A stretch of DNA of 64,000 nucleotides from Malacoraja senta (Eukaryota), in contig CM075997.1 of assembly GCA_038087875.1 (NCBI GenBank), positions 6,698,001-6,762,000 on the forward strand, given 5' to 3'. Shown here piece after piece: positions 26,693 through 40,700 of this stretch; position 1 is the first letter of the stretch; each line of letters opens with the position of its first letter. Below the pieces are notes generated by a model, which searched no databases, was not told where the DNA came from, and worked only from the letters and a program-made list of their open reading frames with translations. The position numbers and the translations under genes are program-made.

Positions 26693-28267
26693 TTTGAATA
26701 AATTTGAATTTGAATAAGTTTATTGGCCAAGTATTCACATACATGGATTTTGCCTCGGCGCACCGCCCGCAAGTGACAACATGACATACAATGACAGTTA
26801 AGAACGATACATAAAACATTAAACATTACTAGTAAAAGATTATTGATTAAACATGTGAATTTAATAAAATACCAGAGCAAAAAGAGGCTACAGATTGTTG
26901 GTTATGGAGTAGAGTTATTACTCGTGGAAAAAAACGGTTTTTCTGTCTGGCTGTGGCAGCTTTGACAGTCCGGAGTCGTCTTCCAGAGGGAAGTGATTCA
27001 AAGAGTTTTTGGCCAGGGTGAGAGTGGCTAAAGATAATCTTGCCCGCTCGCTTCTTGGCGCTTGCAGTGTACAGTTCGTCAATGGAGGGATGGTTGCAGC
27101 CAATAACCTTCTCAGCTGATTAGACGATTCGCTGCAGCCTCTGGGTGTCGTTCTTGGTGGCTAAGCCAAACCAGACCATGATGGAGAAGGTGAGGATAGA
27201 CTCTACGATTACCTTATAGAATTGGACCATCATTGCCTGTGGTACATTGTGCTTCCTCAGCTGCCGCAGGAAGTACATCCTCTGTTGTGCCTTTTTGACT
27301 GTGGAGTCGATGGTAGCCCCCCAAGTAAGGTCCTTGTAGATGACGGTTCTCAGGAACTTAAAAGACTCCACAGATGTGACTGAGGTGTTGTTGATGGTCA
27401 CTGGGGTGAGGGGAGGGGGAGCTCTCATAAAGTCTTCAATCAATTCGACTTTCTTGAGAGCATTGAGCTCCAGGTTGTTGCGATGGCACCAGGATGCCAG
27501 ATGTGACAATTCCTGTCTGTAGGCAGATTCCTCCCCATCCTGGATCACTCCAATCAGGGTTGTGTCGTCAACAAACTTGAGAAGCGTTCGAGAGGAGTCA
27601 GAGGAGGTGCAGTCATTGGTGTACAGAGAGTAGAGGAGAGGGGAGAGTACGCAGCCTTGCGATGCTCCTAAGCCGAGGGTTTGCGGGACCTAGATGTGCT
27701 TTCCCAGGCTCACATGCTGCTTCCTGTCTGTCAGGAAGCTGGTGATACACCGACAGAGGGGTTGAGGCACAGTCAACTCAGAAATTATGGAGTGTGTTCG
27801 CCCTGGCACAATGGTGTTGAATGCAGAGCTCAAATCAACAAACAAAATCCTCGCATAGGACCACTGGCGGTCTAGGTGCTGGAGGATGAAGTGCAGGCCC
27901 AGGTTGACTGCAGCATCCACAGATCTATTGGCCCGATATGCAAACTGCACAGGATCCAGCAGGGGGATCGTGATATTTTTCAGCTTGGCCAGCACAAGCT
28001 TTTCAAGGGTCTTCATGACGACACAGGTCAGTGTGACAGGCCTGTAGTCATTAACACCAGTATTCCTTGCCGTTTTGGGTACGGTGAAAATAGTGGAGAC
28101 TTTGAAGCAGGCAGGGACAGGACAGGTTTGCCGGGACTGGTTAAAAATGTCTGTTAAGACCGATGCCAGTTGTTCGGCAGAGAGTTTAAGAGTTGAGGGG
28201 GAAACATTGTAGTCTTGGAGATTTTCGGCTTTTCTGTCTTCTGAAAAAGCCTCTCATATCTTGCCAG
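26693..28267 (-). mobile_element. Rex1/Babar LINE fragment (duplicate)
   Basis: Homologous to 10876-12450. Confidence 0.88.
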
Positions 28268-28802
28268 ACACGACGGCGGCACGTACAGAAGCAATAGACA
28301 GCACATCCTGCCTGTGAACGAAATAGCACCACCTCAGCATCATCCCGGTCGCACGTAAACTCCCATCCCCATCCAGCGGCACCTCCCCGACTACACCGCC
28401 TGGGGGGGACAGCCGTGAGTGAGGGTGACAACAAGGAACAATGGAGCCACCGTCGTGGTGAGACTGCCGGGAGGGTCGGAGAGAACAAATGAGGAGCCGG
28501 GGTGGTATTTGGTAACTTTGTCAGCGCCGTTTTTGTGGCGACTCTAATGCCTTGTCACACGTGACAATAAAGTATTGCATCCATTCGATGCCGCTCTACA
28601 TTTATTATTGTTCTTTTCCAAACATGAATCGTCACGCTGGATACAGAAGAGTTTTCCAACAAGAAAAGCAAAGTGATATATTAAAAAAAATGATATGTCT
28701 TAAGCAGAAAAGTCATAAAATTAAATGATATAAAAACATTAAAGGTTTCGAATCGTTCATACCTCACAACACCAGTGGTCAGAGAAATAAATTTCTGGTT
28801 TG

Positions 28803-29742
28803 AATAGACAATAGACAATAGGTGCAGGAGTAGACCAATAGGCCCTTCGAGCCAGCACCGCCATTCAATGTGATCATGGCTGATCATCCCCAATCAGTAC
28901 CCCGTTCCTGCCTTCACCCCATATCCCCTAACTCCGCTAGCTTTAGGAGCCCAATCTAGCTCTCTCTTGAAAGTATCCAGAGAACCGGCCTCCACCGTCC
29001 TTTGAGGCAGAGAAATCCACAGTCTCACAATTCTCTGTGAGAAAAAGTGTTTCCTCGTCTCCGTTCTAAATGGCTTACCCATTATTCTTAAACTGTGGCC
29101 CCTGGTTCTGGACTCCCCCAACATCGGGAACATGTTTCCTGCCTGTAGCGTATCAAAACCCTTAACAATCTTATATGTTTTAATAAGATCCACTCTCAAA
29201 CTTCTAAACTCCAGCGTGTACAAGCTCAGCCGCTCCATTTTCTCCGCATATGACAGTCCCGCCCTTCCGGAAATTAACCTTGTAAACCTGTGCTTCACTC
29301 CCTCAATAGCAAGAATGTCCTTCCTCAAATTAGGGGACCAAAACTGCACACAATAATCCAGGTGAGGTCTCACTAGGGCTCTGTACAACTGCAGAAGGAC
29401 ATCTTTGTTCCTTTAATCGACTCCTCTTCTTATAAAGGCCAACATTCATTCGCTTTCTTCACTGCCTTCTGTACCTGCATGCTTACTTTCATAGACTGAT
29501 GAACAAGGACCCCCCAGATCCCATTATACTTTCCCTATTCCCAACTTGACGCCATTTAGATAGTAATCTGCCTTCCTGTTTTTGCTACCAAAGTGGATAA
29601 CCTCAAATGTATCCACATTAAACGTTATCTACCATGCATCTGCCCACTCCCCCAACTTGTCCAAGTCACCCTGCATTCTCATAGCATCCTCCTTAAAGTT
29701 CACTCTGCCACCCAGCTTTGTTTCTTCTGCAAATTTGCTAAT
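28803..29742 (-). mobile_element. Second CR1 fragment (duplicate)
   Basis: Homologous to 12988-13927. Confidence 0.92.
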
Positions 29743-31212
29743 GGTCGAAGTACCATGGTCCGATCTATGGTATCGGTTTGATCGTCCATATTTCCATATT
29801 TAGTCAAATAGAAGTTATTTCTAAAGACGTGTTTGAATGAACTGCAGTTACTGGTTTAAACCGAAGATAGACACAAAAAGCTGGAGTAACTCATCGGGAC
29901 AGGCTATATCTCTGGAGAGAAGGAAGGGGTGGCGTTTCGGGTCGAGACCCTTCTTCGGATAATTTCTTCAGTCTGAAGAAGCGTTTCGCAACTTCACCCA
30001 TTCCTTCTCTCGAGAGATGCCTCCAAACGCAATTAGTTACTCCAGCATTTTGTTTCTATCTTCTAGTTTATTTCTAAAGTGCTGATATTCTTGAAACAAC
30101 TTCAAATATGTCATTAAATCAAAGAATGTCTTCATGTTTTTGTGGGAATTTAAAGGGTGAAGAAAGGCGCGAATGGAAGAACAGGCAAGGATAATGACCG
30201 GGAGCGTGGTTGTGCACAATTTTCAGCCACTGTTTTCCGATCTGATGCATGTTGTCCCTGAGGTAAACATGCTTCGATGAGATAATTTCGCCCACTGCAG
30301 TTTTAATCAGTAATGCCATATTGCAAGAACGAACATCGGTTATCACAGCCGACCATATTTCAGAAACCAGCCTCCTCCCATGCTATACAGCAAGATAAAT
30401 TGTAAAGTTGAACCACTTTCGTGAAAGACGACGTTTTCATTTACAAGCTATTGGATAATTCATTTGTGTTTTCGATGGAGAGGGATTTCTCGCTGAGGAA
30501 GCTTGAGTCGACATTTTTTCCCCTGCTTCTATGCAAAACATTCAATTCCAATTCACTTTATCTGACACCAGTTTAAAAAAAGTTGTATCAAATGCTACAG
30601 TTACCACAGAATGTGTTGCACTCGTGTCCCAGGCATCAATAACCCTTTGTTGCGGAATTATATTACTGCGATAATCAATTGTCAGCGCTGCGTTCTTTGG
30701 TGTAATTTTTGAATTTAGCATTAATTAGAATATATTAATTATGCATCGGGTGGATAAAACACATTTCCAATGGTCCATTCCTTTTTATAAAATGTTGTAT
30801 TTACCGTGGAAAAGTACACGAATGCCGTTGATTTCAGGAACGCAAAAAGTTATGCCCTGAAGTATATCAACGTGGCGGTGAAGGACGTGCGGGTGTTGGT
30901 GAGCGCATAACATTTGATAAAGTTCATGAACTGACCTGGTGTAAACTAGTAGACTTGGGCAGCAATCGTGGAGACTACCGAGGTCGCGGGAAAAAAATCG
31001 ACCTTTCTTCGCCACGGGGATGGTATTGGAAGACGAGAGCATCAAATACTGTACATTCATTTCACAAGGGTTGCAATCTCAATTCATGGATTTACTGACT
31101 ACTGAACCTGATATCAACGACTTGAAAGATACTGGGGATGATTCTAAAGCACACGATTTATTTGTATTTGAAAATCATGGTCTGTTTCGGGACACTTTGA
31201 AGCGCAACATTT

Positions 31213-33382
31213 TTATTTTTTATTTTTTATTTATATATATTTTTTATTTTTTTATTAGAAGTATTGTACAGTACAGTGATCTCAAACAAACATAAAATTA
31301 TACATTTCTTGTACCACTTCTTATTTTAAACTTTAATAAGAAAAAGGATAGAAAGAGTTAGCAAAGATAGTAAGTGAGTGATTGAAAGAGTGGTCCAAGA
31401 ACACCCATAGGGACCTAAACTACAAGAAAGAGTTAAACAAAAGAGGAAAACGAAAAGAAGGAAAAATAAAAAAAAGTAAGATAAGGTAAGACAAGATAAA
31501 AGGGATGTACCTACTTCATATCTTTACTCACCCCTCACCAGGTCCTGAAACCATTTATTATCAACATTTTGTTGCACCCTATATTTGTAATAACTCGATA
31601 AATGGAGACCAAATCTTTTGGAAATGGTCTGGTTTACCTGCTAAGAGGAATCTCATATCTTCTAGCTGTAACAGTTCCGACATATTAGAAATCCACATTT
31701 TGTCGTTGGCGTGGGAGCGTTTTTCCAAAATTTCTGTATAAGTTTTTTTTGCCGTTATTAAGCCATAATTAAGAAAGCTCCTTTGAAACGAAGTCAGCTC
31801 CAAACTGGCTTCGATTGTTCCAAAAATGATCAGTTCTGCATTCGGTTTCAGTTTTATTTTAAATAATTTCGTGAACATTTCAAAGATTTCATTCCCAAAT
31901 TTTTGAATTTTTATACAAAAAACAAAGGAATGTGCTATATTTGCTTCTTGAGTTAGACATTTATCACAGATAGAAGAGACATTTGGGTAAAATTTACTTA
32001 TTTTAGCTTTTGAATAGTATAATCTATGTACGATTTTGAATTGAATTAGAATGTTTCTTACGTTAATCGAGCATTTATGCACATATAACCAGTGTTTATC
32101 CCAACTCTCTTTCGAGATTTTTATAGCTAGTTCTTGTTCCCGATCCCTTCTAATCCTATCAGATGATGGCATTTCTATATTTAGGATGGTATTATACAGG
32201 TATGATATTAAATTAGTTGATTCCGCTTTTATATTCCTTGTCTCGTCTAATAGGTCTGGAGACATATTTTGATATTCTTGTGTATATTTTTTCAAATAGT
32301 CACGTATTTGAAAATATTTAAAATATTGATTACTACTCAAGTTGTATTTAAGTTGTAGTTGGTGAAATGTTAAAAAACTTCCATTATCATACATATCTCC
32401 AAACGTTTTTATTCCTAATCTATCCCAGTGTGTAAACGATTTTTCTATCGTAGAAAGTTTAAACGAAGGACTATTCATTATAGGTGAAAGAAGCGATAGA
32501 TTTCTTAATTTTAAAGTTAATTTTATTTGTTTCCAAATTCTAATTGTACTATGGATAATTGGATTTTTACTATATAATGTATTCTTCAATTTTGTTGGTG
32601 AGAGAAGGATCGCTCCTATTTTTAAAATAGGAACAATTCTCTCTCTCCATTACTATCCAATCCACCTGCTGGGCCGAGTTGTCCAACAGGTGAATCATAT
32701 TTTTGACATTTGCGGCCCAGTAATAATACAAGAAATTAGGGAGTAATAATCCGCCAAATTCTTAAGGTTTGCACAAATGTCTTCTTTGAATTCTATGGGA
32801 TTTATAGTCCCATATACAATTTGTAATATCAGCATCCAGTTAAAAAAAAAATTGGTAAGTATATCGGTATTGACTGGAAAAGATATAACATTTGTGGTAA
32901 AAAATAATTTTATAGCATTTATTCGGCCTATTAGAGACATCGGGAGAGTCTTGCATAATTTAATCAGTATGTTTAGTTTATTGAGTAAGGGCATATAGTT
33001 TGCATTAAATAAAGATTTATATTTTCTAGTAATTTCAATTCCCAAATATTTGAATTTTTCTGAAGCGATTTTAAAAGGGAATTTTAACAGGTGTGTTGGG
33101 TCTTGAGGTTTTATCGTCATAATTTCACTTTTATTCCAATTTATTCTATATCCTGAAAAGGATCCAAATTCCTCTATTAGATTTAATATATTTGGTATAC
33201 TGATTTGTGATTTTGTAATATATAATAGTACATCATCTGCATATAATGATATTTTATTATTTGAGTATTTTGTATTATAACCATGGATGTTCGGATGTAT
33301 TCTAATAGTTTCCGCTAACGGTTCTATTACAAGAGCAAATAGCAGAGGTGATAATGAACATCCCTGTCTATTTCCCCTAGAT
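31213..33382 (-). mobile_element. L1 LINE (duplicate, 148 bp longer)
   Basis: Same TSD; retains 31563-31710, which is missing from the first copy. Confidence 0.92.
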
Positions 33383-33998
33383 AACGCAACATTTGACTAG
33401 AGATATTTTGCATGGATTTTTCGTGGACGATTTAGTCTAAAAAATATGATTGTTTCGTTACGGTCTGATAAGTAGATTGGGGGGGGGGGGGGTTGGCGTG
33501 AGGAATGGACAGTGTGAACATTTGGAAGACATTTGATAAGATACGCTTCTACAGTATGTTATAATACAGGAGATTCACTATTGGACAACAAATTGGATAC
33601 CCAATTGGCTTGGTGGTTGTGGAGAATTGCTTTGCAGATTGGAGACAAGTAACTACTGCAGTGCCACAGTGAAGGTGATGCCTCCTTTATTGTTTGTCAT
33701 GTATATTAATAATTCTTTGGAATAAACTACCGAATTATGTGATATAATTACATCGCTTACATGTGAGTTCGACTGATGCATTGCGAGGGAATAGGGGAGT
33801 GGGACAGGCTGAGTGGAATGGAGTGGGATAGGCTTAGTAACGATCAGGTTCAGCATGCGGATGTTGCACGAAAGAGTCTGCTGGCGTCCGTTTTATTCGA
33901 CGATACTACAACTATAAATTAATGCCACACTGATAGACCCGCGGGAGCAGAAGAACATGTATTTTTAAATTTAAGTAACTTGCAGTTAAACGTGCACT

Positions 33999-34913
33999 TT
34001 AACTATGAAATTTTCCTTTTAATTGAAACAGATACTTCAGTCCATTCCTCAGCTCTACTCTGAATTTTCTCTGTGTAAGTGTGTTTATACACGTGTTGGT
34101 GCACATACTGAGTATTTGCAACATAAATCCGAACTGTTGTAGGATATATGTCGGGCTATTCAAATACCGGTCTGTATACGAATAATTTTGCATCTGCCAA
34201 GTCAGTGAAACTACTACATAAGGTATCCAAAGTAAAATATAATTACTTGATATTGCGAACAACAAAAACATTGACTTTCTCCTGTTCACCACTTCGGCAT
34301 CATCCTTAGTGTCGCTGCTGTTCCGAAGTTCTCTGCAGACTTTATTTGACGCTATGATATTTTTGATCCTTAATCCATTGAACAGCAGAATTAAACAGAT
34401 TGGTAATAAAGGTGTTAAGATACTATCCAGTATCTCGAATCCTTTCCAGAAAGATGAAATGAGGTAATCCGTTGTTAAGACGCAGCCCCATGGCACGTTG
34501 TCAATTATGACATTAGACCCCATCACGAAGTAAAAGGGAACGCCCCTGGCGCAGCTGACTGCAACCACAGTCACCATGACCACAGTTGCAGTTCTCTCTT
34601 TGCAGTACCGTTCACGCAACTTTTGACAACAAATTGCTATAAAGCGATCAAAAGTAAAACTGACCGTAAGCCATACAGAACATTCCATGGTTATAACGCT
34701 CAGTACATTTGTCAGAGAGCATAACGGAGTAATGAGCAAGAAATCAGCATAAGCATATATATAATTAGTCTGTTGCACTATTGCACTGATGCACTATTGC
34801 AATAACGAAAAGCACCATCAGGTCGGCTGTTGCCATTCCCATCAGATAACGGGTGATGCACTTGCAGAGTCCGCATTTTCCCCGAGAGAGTATTGCGATC
34901 GCAATTGAATTGA
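33999..34913 (-). pseudogene. GPCR paralog, exon 2 only, frameshifted (duplicate of 18035-18949)
   Basis: Translation identical to the 18035 copy; same 16-nt insertion and same exon 1 deletion. Confidence 0.88.
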
Positions 34914-37792
34914 CTGAAAGTAGTTAAGAAAATGAAAAAGTTATGAGTATAAGCAAAAGTGCACCTGCATCAAACTTGATCCGTTTTACTTTAGTTCCGC
35001 GCGGGAAACATACGCGGAATGGATCTATTCTTTTCCTGATGTTTTGTAGTTCTAGATGGGTGAGAATCTGAGAGGGGATTTCCAGGACGTCCACGCTCCG
35101 CTGCTCAGCTTCACGCGAAGACACATCGGACAGCAGTGACAATTGTGCCGGCTATCTTACGCCAGTTTGGAGCGGAGCACGTGAAGCCCAGGACCCACAT
35201 CCTCAGTTACCGAGGCATGATTCATGGTTTGCCTTTAAAAAAATTAAGTAGTATTGATGTTTGCTCTAAAAGAAACAGACATTGTGTTTCTCAGGGTGTA
35301 ACATATTTGACAAGGAAACAACGTACCCACCACGATCTGCGTGAACGTTACCCTTGGGCCAAGATTAGATAATTCCCGTCTCATCCTCTGTCATTTTATT
35401 GTAGACTCCTTTAATCTTTAATTTATATGGCCCTCGCGACTTGATAAACCCCATAATCGCTGAAAGGAAAAAGGCGTCGTGGGAGATCCTGTATTACGAA
35501 CTTGATCTGCAATTTTTTGAAGAATTAACCGAGACGGCTGACGTGTGCAATGACGTTGACATGGTCTATATGGACCTAACCAAGGCCGTTGATAAGGTTC
35601 TCGGACTGGAGACCTGTGACGACCAATGTGCCTCAGGGATTGGATTTGTGCCGTTTGCTGTTTGTGGTTTATATCAACGGTTAAGATGCGAGGAGACAAG
35701 ACATGGTTAGTAAGTTTGTAGATCGCATCATAGTAGGTGATATTGTGGACACCTGAAAAGATTGTCAAATATAGAAGAACAGCAGGAACCTCATCAACTA
35801 AGCAGCTAGGATGAGGATTGGCGGATGCAGTGTGATACAGATAAGTGTGAGGTTTTGCACTTTGGAAAGACCAACCAGTGCAATTGCTTCACAGTGAATG
35901 TGAAGAGTTGTTAAGCCGTGGAATCCAGAATTATTGGTGCGTATTCCATGAACGAGGCGTCATATGCAGATATGTTGCAAAATGAGGCCTTTTGTGCATT
36001 AACCTTCATTTGTCAGGTTATTGAGTATAGAAAAAAAACAGTACAGTTTTTCATGGTTTTGTTGTGGCCGCATATTGATGATATTGTCCTGTTTTGGTCA
36101 GCCTGCTTAAGGAAGAATACCATTAAGTTGGAAACAATGCAGAGAGAATTTATAACGACGTTGCTAGGACGCAAGGGCCTGAGATATAGGGATACGATGT
36201 GGAAGCTAAGATGTTATTCCTTGTAACGCATGGAGGTTAGTGGTGATATTATAGAACTTATAATCATGAGTGAAAAAAAGGGTCAATATACATCATTTTA
36301 GCCCGGGGTAGTGGAATCAAGAACTAGTAAACATAGGATTCAGGTGAGATAGTAAACATTTAATAGGAAATTTATAGGTTTTACTATAACTGATCTTCCA
36401 GCATATCATTCAAACATGTTGGTTTCGAGTGGATGAAAGGACTTGACTATCTCAGTGGGTCAGTCGGCATCTCTGGAGGATATAGAGAGGCGACGATTCG
36501 GATCGGGACGCTTCTTCAGACTCCACCCACTCGTTCTTCAGAGGGAACCTGCTTGAACAAGGGTCCCGCTCCAAAACGTCGCACAACCATGTCTTCCACA
36601 GACGCTGGCTGAGGCGTTGAGTTACTCCAGCACGTTGTGTTCCACGCAAGATTCCAGCGTTTGAAGATCAGTGTGTCGACAATAAGAGGCCGAATCCGTA
36701 AACAATTCCCGCGAGCCTTCCACTAACACAACGCAACGTTACTTGTAGACACAGAATGAAACAATATTGAAACAGACCCTCGCAGATTTTTCTCTTCTCG
36801 CCTTAAATGAGTGTCTTTCACTTTTAGACTTCACGACACCTGAAAAAAGACAGTGAAGGCGCAACTTTCCAACGCACCTCGTGACTCCACGTACCTCTTT
36901 TAGCTCAACGCCCCAGCCTCCACCGCACCAGGAAAAATGCCGCAGCTTATCCGGCCGCTATTATACTGAAGCCCTCCCGTCCCGGAACCGTCTGTCACAA
37001 GATACAAAGAACTTTAGGTGCTGGTTACAAAAACAGACACAACATGCTGGAGTAACGCAGTGGACAAGGCAGCATCTCTGCAGTACGTGGATAGATAACG
37101 TTTCATGTCATGATCTTTGTTCAGACTGATTGTGGTGGGGTGGAGGATACAATTAGGTTTGTTTTGAGAGACAGATTAATAAACAGCGGATAGGGATTAA
37201 AAAAACAGCCGGTGTAATACAAAATGATTGAATAGTTTTGAATTGCGAGGCGGGGCCAAGTCATCCACCAGGCCAGGCTCGAACTCGTCGGACCGAGGAC
37301 TCGCTCAGCGAGGACGGACGACCCACCCGGAAGGCTCGGCTTGCCCAACGTGGTCTGCGAACTCGGCCCCGAGGCACTGGCGACGAAGTGACCTCAGCCG
37401 CCGAGAGCGCAAAGACCACAAAATGTTGAGAGCGATGTGGGCCATCGGAGCGTGAGGAGGGCCGTGAGACCGTGAGGGAACAGTCGGAAAACAACTGTGA
37501 CATCGGAGAGCGCGAAGGGCTGTTGGATAACGAGGGGTACCGTAGGAAAGCCGTCTGAGAGCGAGGAGGGCCGTCGGAGATCGAGGGGATCGCCGAAAGC
37601 GAGGATGGCCGTCGAGAGCGAGTAACGGCGCCGATAGCGAAGGGAGAACCCGGCAGTGTGGGGGGGGGGGGGGATACAGTGTATGGGGGAATGCTGAAGG
37701 GGGGAGAGTGAGGGTGCGGGGAGGGGCGTGCAAATTAGGCTGTCTTTATTATATCTATCACCACACACATTATGCATGCTGCACATTCTTTA

Positions 37793-40700
37793 TGTAGTCC
37801 ATTCCAGATCTGCGTCCCTTCCCTGGACTGCTAGTATAGTTAAGTTAACGCGTCACTGTCTCCCGGCAGACTTGATGCAGACCACGGGGATGAAAGCATG
37901 TAATGTTCCCTCCGCTTGTACTGCAATAAAGACTATGAATTATTACCTCTGTGTATGGGTCTCATCAATCAACATGGTGTCAGAAAGTATGGAGCCCTTA
38001 CTCGCCTAGTTTGGTTCCAATTTGTTTTAGTTTGTTTTTTTAGTTTAGTTCGTTTTTCCCTATGGCTGGTGCACTTCCTAAGCCTGAATCATGTGTATTT
38101 GATGGCGACCACGCTGTGCGCTAGCGCATCTTTGAAGAGGTCTTCACCGTGTATATCCGTAAGCACATCAAGTTGCAACGACAGATGTTACGTGATGCAG
38201 ACCTCACTCTGGAAAGGGCTGAGTATCATTGTCGCGTTGCAGAGATGACAGACTCAATAGACAATAGACAATAGACAATAGACAATAGACAAAAGACAAT
38301 AGGTGCAGGAATAGGCCATTTGGCCCTTCGAGCCAGCACCGCCATTCAATATGATTATGGCTGATCATCCCAAATCAGCACCCCATTCCTGCCTTCTCCC
38401 CATATCCCCTGACTCCGCTATTCTTAAGGACCCTATCTAGCTCTCTCTTGAAAGCATCCAGAGAACCTGCCTCCACCGCCATCTGAGGCAGAGAATTCCA
38501 CAGACTCATCACTCTCTGTAAGAAAAAGTGTTTCCTCGTCTCCGTTCTAAATGGCTTACTCTTTATTCTTAAACTGTGGCCCCTGGTTCTGGGCTCCCCC
38601 AACATCGGGAACATGTTTCCTGCCTCCAGCGTGCCCAAACCCTTAACAATCTTATATGTTTCAATAAGATGCCCTCTCATTCTTCTAAACTCCAGAGTGT
38701 ACAAGCTCAGCTGCTCCATTCTCTCAGCATATGACAGTCCCGCCATCCCGGGAATTAACCTTGTAAACCTACGCTGCACTCCCTCAATGGCAAGAATGTC
38801 CTTCCTCAAATTAGGGGACCAAAACTGCACACAATACTCCAGGTGTGGTCTCACTAGGGCTCTGTAGAACTGCAGAAGGACCTCTTTGCTCCTATATTCG
38901 ATTCCTCTTGTTATAAAGGCCAACATGCAATTCGCCTTCTTCACTGCCTGCTGTACCTGCATGCTTACTTTCATAAACTGATGTATTAGGACCCCCAGAT
39001 CCCGTTGTACTTCCCCTTTTCCCAACTTGACGCCAGTTAGTAATCTTCCTTCCTGTATTTGCTACCAAAGTGGATAACCTCACATTTATCCGCATTAAAG
39101 TTCATCTGCCATGCATCTGCCCATTCCCCAAACTTGCCCAAGTCACCCTGCATTCTCATAGCGTCCTCCTCACAGTTCACATTGCCATCCAGCTTTGTGT
39201 CATCTGCAAATTTGCTAATGTTACTTTGAATCCCTTCATCCAAATCATTGATGTAAACTGTAAATAGTTGCTATCCTAGCACCGAGCCTTGCGGTGCCCC
39301 ACTAGTCACTGCCTGTCATTCCGAAAGGGTCCCGTTATTCCCCACACTTTGTTTCCTGTCTGCCAACCACTACTGCTATCCAAATGTGCGGCTATCTCAT
39401 ATTTTATAATTGACTCCAGCATCTTCCCCACCACCGATGTCAGGCTAAGTCGTCTATAATTCCCCGTTTTCTCTCTCCCGCCTTTCTTAAAAGTAGGATA
39501 ACATTAGCTACCCTCCAATCCACAGGAATTGATCCTGAGACTATAGAACGTTGGAAAATTATCACAAATGCATCCACGATTTCTAGAGCCACTTCCAGAA
39601 ATACCCTGGGATGCAGACCATCAGGCTCTGTGGATTTTCAGCCTTCAGTCCCATCAGTCTATCCAACACCTATTCCTGCCTAATGTGGATTTCATTCAGT
39701 TCCTCTGTCACCCCAGATCCTCTGTGCACTACTATATCAGGAAGATTGTTTGTGTCCTCCTTAATGAAGACAGATCCAAAGTACCTGTTCAACTCATTTG
39801 CCATTTCCTTGTTCCCCATAATAAATTCACCCTTTTCAGTCTTCAATGGTCCAACTTCGGTCTCAACCAATTTTCCCTCTTCACATACCTAAATAAGCTT
39901 TTACTCTCCTGCTTTATATTCTTGGCGAGCTTACCTTCGTAACTCTCCTTTTCTCCCCGTATTGTCTTTTTGGTTATCAACTATTATTCTCACACTAAAT
40001 CTTTGGGGCCGGGTCCCCACACTGCCTATGATGTAAATGTTGCCGGCACGTTTTTCCAGGCCCGGCGCCACTCTCCCCAAGTGCCCGGAAGATCCAATGA
40101 CGGATTTGTTAGTAATTGTGTGAAATGTGGAGGTTCGCATGCAGGCATTCGTGAACAATGCCCGGCTTGTGGAAAAGTTTGCCGCTACTGTAAACGTTTA
40201 AATCACTTCATCCGCTGCTGTTGCTCCCGTGGGAACAGAGCAGAGACAAAGCAGTCTGTGCACCTGCTATAGCCAGAATCTTCCCAGGTAACTCCCACAT
40301 CAACCTTTCAGACTAAAGAGGACATGCTGCCTGCTATCGAAGGACAAAGTATAAACATACAATCCTTGTCAGACTTGTCTTGTAAATGCCGAGATCCCAT
40401 GGTCACTCTCCTCATTTACGGGATGAGTGATATTGCGAAGCTCGACACCGGAGCTCGTTGAAACGTTCTGTCCTTATCTGAGCTCCACAGGATTCGGAAA
40501 AGCGAGGTCATCAATCAGAGCGCCGCCACGTTACTTCCATTTGTAGCGGTTGCAGTGCACCCTGTTGGAAGAGTCGCGTTCAAGAGCCACCTAGAGTCAC
40601 GTGTCTACATTTTGAGCTTCTTTATTGTCCGAGAGAAAGTCACCTGTCTGCTAGGAATAGATGTCTATAACGACCTAGGTTTGGTCACCTTCTGTACGGC